NCBI RefSeq assembly: GCF_001583495.1
Contig: NZ_LQAQ01000019.1
Span: forward strand, 242,836-274,835
Source: Flammeovirga sp. SJP92
GTDB lineage: Bacteria > Bacteroidota > Bacteroidia > Cytophagales > Flammeovirgaceae
Length of the DNA stretch: 32,000 nucleotides
Direction of reading: 5' to 3'
Shown: positions 26,472-32,000 of the stretch, piece after piece
Layout: the number at the start of each line of letters is the position of its first letter
Position numbering within the stretch: position 1 is the first letter of the stretch
Translations under genes and position numbers: made by a program
The notes under the pieces: generated by a model
Seen by the model: only the letters and a program-made list of their open reading frames with translations
What the model was told of the DNA's origin: nothing
The model's database searches: none

Positions 26472-26618
26472 TTACTTCTGGATCGATTCTGATATTTTAA
26501 CCTCCGTCAACGCTACCCTCTCCTCTTCATATCCTTCTGGTGCAGAAGCATACAGTAAAGTAGTTGCGGCCGCAATGGCGATGATTAAAACAGCTATAAA
26601 TGCAAAAACAGTTTTCAT
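26472..26618 (-). CDS. Small (48 aa) single-TM membrane protein, paralog 2 (not in the ORF track)
   Basis: My own translation is MKTVFAFIAVLIIAIAAATTLLYASAPEGYEEERVALTEVKISESIQK, running from ATG 26618 to TAA 26472-26474. It shares 21 of the first 33 residues with paralog 1. Confidence 0.5.
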   Translation of the reverse strand: MKTVFAFIAVLIIAIAAATTLLYASAPEGYEEERVALTEVKISESIQK

Positions 26619-26770
26619 AGTAATGGTAATTTATTTTTTTGTTTATCAATTTAGATCAGTCTTTGAGCGAAAAAAACTGAACTATTTAAAAGTTTCAATC
26701 CTATAAAGAGGTCGTACTTTTAGATGTACTCAGTTTTTTTTATTTTTTTTCAAGAAAAATAGTTTTTGAC

Positions 26771-26835
26771 TAAAAAAAACATGCTTAACCACTCATTTTC
26801 AGGTAAAAACAAGTCATTAAGCATGTTATTTATTT
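26771..26835. terminator. Bidirectional terminator-like hairpin downstream of the ChaN-like gene
   Basis: aacatgcttaa (26778-26788) pairs with ttaagcatgtt (26817-26827), an 11-bp perfect stem with a 28-nt loop. It is flanked by an A8 run on the left and atttattttt on the right. Confidence 0.6.
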
Positions 26836-26864
26836 TTAAAATAATTTTATTCTATCTACTATTT

Positions 26865-27752
26865 CTAGAAAGTCTTGGTCATATTACTGTTGCAGATAAT
26901 GGTAAACTCATTAGTTCCTTTGTTTTCATCAGACAGTTTTGAAAGATCAGTTTGCTGTCCAAAAGCAATTACACCTGTTTTCAAATTTTTATCATAATGA
27001 TTAACATACCATACAGTTCCTTCATGATTTTTGGAGTGGAAGTCTCCGTTATAGTGTAAGAATAATTTACCCTTATTTTTCTTCTTCAATCCTTCCACAA
27101 TAGAATATCCCATCGTTGCATCTTTGATTGCCTGTGCTTCTACAAATTGCTTTGCTTTTCCGGTCATGCCATGTCCTGCCATCATTTGCTCCATTTCTTT
27201 GTAAGATGGATTGTCATAAGGCACTTCGATAGGTAAAGGTGCAATATAGTTTTTCTTCGCTTCCTTGCTTAAGGTCTCCAACTCTGTCAATCCTTTTTTA
27301 GAAACAAGACTCGCGTATCTTCTTGGTACGTTAGTAGCAATAAATGGGATGTTATGTGCTTTAGCAAAATCTACTAAAGGGGCATAATCTGTTTTATAAT
27401 TGTCCCATGCTTTGCCGTCTTTGATTAAAACAGCTTCTTTGATAAAACCTTGTAAATACTCGTCCAAAACTAATTGATTGTCCTTTTCAAACATTTCTGC
27501 TCCAAGCACAATCTCATTGTTTTTTTGTTCTGCTAATGATTTTGTTAATTCAAATTGTAACCAATGGGCAATTGGGTTGTTGTGCAATTCTCCAAAAAAC
27601 ACAACATCATAGTTAGAAAGACTTTCGGCCATTTCCTCAAAAGTGACTTCTTTTCCTTCTTTGTCAAAGATTTGGTAAGCTTTCAATGGCGTTTGTGAAA
27701 ATGTTGCTACTGCATAAAGGGTCAATAGCAAGGTGATAATATTTTTTTTCAT
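26865..27752 (-). CDS. ChaN-like (Tiki/erythromycin-esterase superfamily) heme/iron-associated periplasmic protein
   Basis: A signal peptide is present. YDVVFFGELHNNPIAHW matches the GExH motif of the ChaN/PF04187 family as I recall it. A second His cluster is LFLHYNGDFHS. Confidence 0.65.
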   Translation of the reverse strand: MKKNIITLLLTLYAVATFSQTPLKAYQIFDKEGKEVTFEEMAESLSNYDVVFFGELHNNPIAHWLQFELTKSLAEQKNNEIVLGAEMFEKDNQLVLDEYLQGFIKEAVLIKDGKAWDNYKTDYAPLVDFAKAHNIPFIATNVPRRYASLVSKKGLTELETLSKEAKKNYIAPLPIEVPYDNPSYKEMEQMMAGHGMTGKAKQFVEAQAIKDATMGYSIVEGLKKKNKGKLFLHYNGDFHSKNHEGTVWYVNHYDKNLKTGVIAFGQQTDLSKLSDENKGTNEFTIICNSNMTKTF

Positions 27753-27929
27753 GACTTTAAGTTAAAGACTTTTTGTGAAATTCGACGCGTTTTATTTTGA
27801 TGGAATGCAACTTATTTTCTAGTGTAAAAAGTGGCTTTTCTCTTTTCTAAAAGGCTTATAGAATGCCTATTGAAAAACACTTACAATACACTAAACACAC
27901 ACTTAACCGTATTGTTTTTACAGAATGAA

Positions 27930-28002
27930 AACCGTAACCTCATAGGAGGCTACGGTTATACACACTTCTTAATCAGATTAATAAGGGAAGACTCCTTATT
28001 AA
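27930..28002 (-). terminator. Two tandem hairpins downstream of the HmuY-like gene
   Basis: ttaataagg / ccttattaa (27978-28002) forms a 9-bp perfect stem. aaccgtaacctc / gaggctacggtt (27930-27957) forms a 12-bp stem with one G.U pair on the minus-strand RNA, followed by uuucauucug. Confidence 0.5.
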
Positions 28003-28014
28003 GTATCAGGATAA

Positions 28015-28749
28015 TTATTCTGCTATCAAACGTTGGAATTTGAAGGCAGGATAACCTTTTTCTAAATCATCATTATAGAACCCAGTGAATGCTAATTTGA
28101 AAAATACTCCATCAGTTGTTTCAATAATATAGTATTGATTTTCAACAATTTTATAAGTAAATGTAGCAAAGTCTAATACTTTCCAGTCAGAACCAATTGC
28201 ATCAACTTCTGATGACAATGTTAGGTTCATTGCGTCCTCATAAGAAACTTCATCATAAGAAACGAACGTTTGTCCTTCTGCTTCCAATTCTTCTTTATTC
28301 AAACGGATCGCTTTTACTTCTCCTTTATTGACCAATGCACCTGTCATCATGTAAGGTACATACTCTGTACCGTCATGTGTTTTACCATTGTAGTAAGCCA
28401 ATACGATGTCCCATCCTTCACTACCTTCCGCATGATCTTTTTCAGTATCCCAAACATCAAATTTCACATACTCTTCATCGTTGTAGTGGTATCCAAGAGT
28501 ATCTGCATTTGAAGATGCTGATGCCGCATCAAGATCCACAAATACTTGACGGTTGTAGCTCAATTTTACCTGCTCTACTTGTTGAGTTTGATGGTTGAAA
28601 CCTTCCTCATATACGTCTGGCGTGCTGTATAATGCCACTTGCAAAGCATAAGAAGATTCATCCAATGGTGGAATTGTGACAGTGTCATCTTCTGAACATG
28701 AGAATAATGAAGCTGATAATAGTAGACTAGCGAAAATTGACTTTTTCAT
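28015..28749 (-). CDS. HmuY-like lipoprotein (putative hemophore/heme-binding partner of the adjacent receptor)
   Basis: The lipobox is SASLFSCSEDD. EGWDIVLAYY parallels WDMALHRY of P. gingivalis HmuY. The C-terminus IIETTDGVFFKLAFTGFYNDDLEKGYPAFKFQ parallels RGADGNIAKVQFTDYQDAELKKGVITFTY. This comparison is from memory. Confidence 0.5.
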   Translation of the reverse strand: MKKSIFASLLLSASLFSCSEDDTVTIPPLDESSYALQVALYSTPDVYEEGFNHQTQQVEQVKLSYNRQVFVDLDAASASSNADTLGYHYNDEEYVKFDVWDTEKDHAEGSEGWDIVLAYYNGKTHDGTEYVPYMMTGALVNKGEVKAIRLNKEELEAEGQTFVSYDEVSYEDAMNLTLSSEVDAIGSDWKVLDFATFTYKIVENQYYIIETTDGVFFKLAFTGFYNDDLEKGYPAFKFQRLIAE

Positions 28750-28780
28750 TGTAATTAGTATAAAAATTTGTTGCTAAAAA

Positions 28781-31000
28781 TTAAATCTTATTGAGTTTGT
28801 ATTTCAAGGAAACAAAGTAAGTTCTTCCCCAAGCTACTAACATGTTTGATGAACTTGAATGAGCACCTCCTTGTGTTGTATTGGTGATGTCATTCACATC
28901 TAATAGGTTCTTCACACCTGCTGTGAGTGAAAAACGATTACCTTTAAATCTTTTAGTTGCAGAGTAATTAAGCATACTGTAAGCCTCCAATGTTCCTTCT
29001 GTAGGACCTTCTTCCTCACTATTCATATAGAGCTGTACTCTTTTGCCAGTGTATTTATAATCCAACTGCATCGACAAATTGAGAGTAGGCCAAGAATAGG
29101 AAGCCATTGCTACAAAGTCTGTGGAATACCTAAAGTTGAATTCGGAGGTATTTTGTAAATCATAACCAATTCCTGTAAGTGTCACCCCTGCATTGACTTT
29201 GAAAAGGTTATTATTGTTATAGCTCACATTGAACGTGCCTCCGTGTGTTTTCTTCTGAGAAATATTCTGATAGAAATAAGAAATACCATCATCGCCCATC
29301 GCCAACTCAATGACATCAAAAAGGTGGTTGTAAAACCCTGATGTTTCAAACTTCAAAATAGAACTCTGTTCGATATCAATTGTCTTATCCAGGGACAATG
29401 TTACATTGTATGATGTTTCTGGAGTAAGATCTTCGTTACCGAAAATTCTATGGTTAGTATCTACAAAATCCATGTAAAGCTCCTTCATACTTGGAGCCCT
29501 GAACCCTTTAGCAAAGGAAAGTCGGCTATTCCAATTATTGTCGGAATTGAATTTTAGATGACCAGAATAAATCAATGGAGCATCAAAAGTGTTGTGATGT
29601 AAATACCTCACCCCTGGTTGGAATACTAGATTGCTATTTAAGTTGATTTTCAAATCAGACCAAATTGCATTTTCCTGTAAACCCCCATTTTCTTTGACTC
29701 TTCCACCCTTTCCTGTTTCATTGGATAGTTCATAACCTACTTGCCATTTCATCCAGTCTTTAATTTGCTGACCGTAAGAAATTCGTGCATTTAACATCTC
29801 AAACTCATCAATATTGGGATCTCCCTTTTTGTCTTCAGTATTCAAATCTTCTTTTACAACATACTCCTGAGAGGTTCTTGTGTAAGTGTTGTAGGAAACT
29901 AATCCCGTTAAAGAAGATTTGTTGTTGAATTTCTTATCAAACTGACCGTAATAGGTCACTCTGTCCGTCAAGAAATTTGTATCAATGGCACGAAGAGGCT
30001 GAAGGTAATTTCCTTTATAAGTTAGATCTTCTCTACTCAATCGAACACCTAACTTTGCTTCCCATCCTGATAGATTTAAACCATAATAAGCATCTGCATT
30101 AATTTGGTTTTTCGGGTTCCAACTCATCGCCCTTGTTTCTTTGTTCATGTCATGACCGTTGAAATACCGATATCCTCCAGAGATTCCGAACTTTGATTTT
30201 TTTCTACCGCCTTGAACATTCACATTACCATTCAATTGACCTACTGATTCAGCATAAGCTTGTGCTGTTCCTGTCAACCTGTAGTATTTATTTTCTTTCA
30301 TGATGATATTGACGGTACCTGCCAATGCATTGGAACCATATACAACTGACATTGGTCCTTCTATTACCTCAATATGATCTACTTGTGACATATCAATTTG
30401 TGATAAATCAATATTTCCATCCTGCCTACCAATTATTGGCATTCCATCGATCAAGAACTTTACATGTTGTCCTTCCAAACCTTGCATGATGATTTGAGAG
30501 CCTAAAACTCCATCTTCTCTCAGATTAATATTAGGCTGAAAACGAAGAGCATCTCTTACATTTTGAACTCCTTGTTTTTCCATTACATCTGAAGTAATGA
30601 TCCCAACTTTGTAAATGGATTTGTCCGCTTTTTCTGGTTCTACACTTGCTGTCTTCACCACCTGATCCAACATTAGTAAATCAGGCTTCATTTTGACCTT
30701 GACTTTTTCACCTCCTGCCAGTTCTATTTCTTGTGTTTTAAAACCTGTGTAAGAAACTGTGCATTCCATATTTTCGAACAAGATAATTTCAACTTTACCT
30801 TTAGCATCAGTAGAGTAATATTTCTTGACACCTGACGCCGTAATCAAACAGACATGTGCTCCAACCAATGGAAGACCTTCTGTGGAATCTACAATTTCAA
30901 GTTCTACTTTCGGGACTTGCGCCAGTGTACTGACTGCATAAAACAACATCAGTACACAAATCGTAATTTTATTTTTCATATCTATTTTCCATTTTTTCAT
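28781..31000 (-). CDS. TonB-dependent receptor with CarboxypepD_reg-like N-terminal domain
   Basis: GLPLVGAHVCLITASG...VSYTGFKTQEI is the regulatory-like domain. Plug blocks are QGLEGQHVKFLIDGMPI and IEVIEGPMSVVYGSNALAGTVNII, followed by a long barrel. The start is ATG 31000 or ATG 30979 (MKNKITICVLMLF...). Confidence 0.85.
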   Translation of the reverse strand: MKKWKIDMKNKITICVLMLFYAVSTLAQVPKVELEIVDSTEGLPLVGAHVCLITASGVKKYYSTDAKGKVEIILFENMECTVSYTGFKTQEIELAGGEKVKVKMKPDLLMLDQVVKTASVEPEKADKSIYKVGIITSDVMEKQGVQNVRDALRFQPNINLREDGVLGSQIIMQGLEGQHVKFLIDGMPIIGRQDGNIDLSQIDMSQVDHIEVIEGPMSVVYGSNALAGTVNIIMKENKYYRLTGTAQAYAESVGQLNGNVNVQGGRKKSKFGISGGYRYFNGHDMNKETRAMSWNPKNQINADAYYGLNLSGWEAKLGVRLSREDLTYKGNYLQPLRAIDTNFLTDRVTYYGQFDKKFNNKSSLTGLVSYNTYTRTSQEYVVKEDLNTEDKKGDPNIDEFEMLNARISYGQQIKDWMKWQVGYELSNETGKGGRVKENGGLQENAIWSDLKINLNSNLVFQPGVRYLHHNTFDAPLIYSGHLKFNSDNNWNSRLSFAKGFRAPSMKELYMDFVDTNHRIFGNEDLTPETSYNVTLSLDKTIDIEQSSILKFETSGFYNHLFDVIELAMGDDGISYFYQNISQKKTHGGTFNVSYNNNNLFKVNAGVTLTGIGYDLQNTSEFNFRYSTDFVAMASYSWPTLNLSMQLDYKYTGKRVQLYMNSEEEGPTEGTLEAYSMLNYSATKRFKGNRFSLTAGVKNLLDVNDITNTTQGGAHSSSSNMLVAWGRTYFVSLKYKLNKI

Positions 31001-31077
31001 GGACTACTTTCCCACGATTGAAATCATGGGCTATTGATGTTATTCGAAAAATCGATGTTTCTACCTTTTTGTTATGC

Positions 31078-31120
31078 GGGTAGACACGTGGGGTGTGTGG
31101 GTAGACACATAGGTCTACCC
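31078..31120. repeat. GC-rich direct repeat GGGTAGACAC x2 plus one inverted copy (hairpin)
   Basis: gggtagacac occurs at 31078-31087 and 31099-31108. gtctaccc at 31113-31120 is the reverse complement of gggtagac, so either direct copy could pair with it. Confidence 0.6.
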
Positions 31121-31140
31121 CTACGATACACGGCGTGGCA

Positions 31141-32000
31141 TTACGATTTTCTTTGTTGTTTTTTTGTGTTTTTGACCGTTGAAAGGTCTTTCAAACTATC
31201 CAATACACATCCTGTTGGGCATGCCACTCTACACCATAGCATAGGGTATTTGATTGAAATCCCGATAAACGCTAAAGAGATGTAGAACCAATAAGATGAA
31301 AATTCTGTACTGAATAAATCAGGAAACAACTCATAGTTGCCAAACTCCTTATAACCGTAGACAAAACCTCCAAAAAGAACGATTGTCAAGGCATATCGGA
31401 TGTATTCCGCTTGTTTGTTGGTGATGAATAATTTCTTTGATTTGAATGGTGAATATTTCAAAGAGATCATCTGTGCTGCTCCAAATGGACATACATAAGA
31501 ACAATAGGCATTTTTGCCCCAAATTGCTGATAGTAATGTCATCAATGCATATATGCTCAAGAAAAGAGAGACTTCCGTTCCCATAAATGGCATCAGATAA
31601 GTGATATAAGTAAACGAAGAGTTCATTCCAAAACCGATATAAGCCATTGTGAAAATAGAAACTGCCAATCTAGTTTTCTTTGTTTTCTTAATCTGTGGCA
31701 ACATTGCAAATAAGAATATTGCTCCGATGACAATGATGTGTACAATCCACCAATACGTTAATTCTGCTTGTACATGGAAGCCGTCCAAATCATAGTCATA
31801 ATAGGTCGACAAAATTTGAGGTGCTGTAACTGTAAACGCTTCCGTGACCCCATCTGCCATTGCTTTTGTAGTAATTGTTGCTCCTGAAATGGCATCAATT
31901 GCATGATCATTATCTCTTGTACTTAAGTTTCTATATTGATCTAGATAAGAACTTCTCAATACTTTTCTTAAGTAGCTTTCTGTTTCTTTTGAAGTGATGT
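31141..32000 (-). CDS. Membrane protein with FMN-binding domain and NapH/NosR-type CX3CP iron-sulfur motifs; 5' end lies outside the window
   Basis: AIDAISGATITTKAM is an FMN_bind motif. Several TM helices follow, along with CSYVCPFGAAQ and WCRVACPTGC. The frame stays open upstream of the track's TTG start (31959) to base 32000 (...ITSKETESYLRKV-LRSSY...). Confidence 0.7.
   Translation of the reverse strand, partial: ITSKETESYLRKVLRSSYLDQYRNLSTRDNDHAIDAISGATITTKAMADGVTEAFTVTAPQILSTYYDYDLDGFHVQAELTYWWIVHIIVIGAIFLFAMLPQIKKTKKTRLAVSIFTMAYIGFGMNSSFTYITYLMPFMGTEVSLFLSIYALMTLLSAIWGKNAYCSYVCPFGAAQMISLKYSPFKSKKLFITNKQAEYIRYALTIVLFGGFVYGYKEFGNYELFPDLFSTEFSSYWFYISLAFIGISIKYPMLWCRVACPTGCVLDSLKDLSTVKNTKKQQRKS

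Noticed and set aside
26458-26706. An 82-aa plus-strand ORF from the track.
   Set aside because: The opposite strand encodes two mutually conserved small proteins with ATG starts and a terminator. The plus-strand ORF is most likely the shadow of that duplication.
31034-31285. An 83-aa plus-strand ORF covering the GGGTAGACAC repeats.
   Set aside because: It overlaps the 3' end of the FMN/Fe-S protein gene on the other strand. It is rich in Cys, Gly and His only because it translates the GC-rich repeat.
1-32000. A scan for tRNA/rRNA genes, CRISPR arrays, transposases, integrases, phage genes or defence-system signatures. I also considered whether 18222-21470 or 24414-26706 forms a novel multi-gene system.
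   Set aside because: I found no cloverleaf-like GC-rich segments, no regularly spaced repeats, and no recombinase, nuclease or ATPase motifs in any ORF. The genes in those intervals are separated by their own terminators and show no functional linkage I can support.

Overview
AT-rich (by eye, mid-30s % GC) segment that looks like Bacteroidota chromosome: lipobox lipoproteins, TonB-dependent receptors with CarboxypepD_reg-type N-termini, and a TAnnTTTG-like promoter box. Bases 1-17962 are one minus-strand operon of 19 tightly packed or overlapping genes. It encodes a type-II FAS/PKS-like aryl-polyene pigment pathway of the flexirubin type. In transcription order: tyrosine ammonia-lyase, FabG-like ketoreductase, KAS, ACP, LpxL-type acyltransferase, B12-radical-SAM enzyme, hotdog dehydratase, 4HBT thioesterase, KS plus a 204-aa KS-like partner, ACP, KS plus a 328-aa KS-like partner, polysaccharide deacetylase, LolA-like protein, lipoprotein, FabZ-like dehydratase, GT2-DUF2062 glycosyltransferase, and an MMPL exporter fused to a PlsC acyltransferase that runs off the left edge. 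A secreted unknown protein and a flavin-dependent halogenase (WxWxIP motif present) are transcribed divergently from it. The right half is housekeeping or accessory: a secreted DUF900-like hydrolase, an outer-membrane TonB-dependent-type barrel, two cold-shock-domain genes, a lipoprotein, and two tandem paralogous ~48-aa membrane-peptide genes that are too short for the ORF track. It ends with a probable iron/heme uptake operon (FMN-binding/4Fe-4S membrane protein, TonB-dependent receptor, HmuY-like lipoprotein, ChaN-like protein). I found no tRNA/rRNA, CRISPR array, transposase or integrase, and no convincing evidence of a wholly new multi-gene system. The most unusual items are domain fusions and extra enzymes inside the pigment cluster, a structured 158-nt intra-operon gap, the tandem micro-proteins and a few repeat/hairpin families. 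All functional calls rest on motifs I read in the translations and on remembered family knowledge. No database search was possible.
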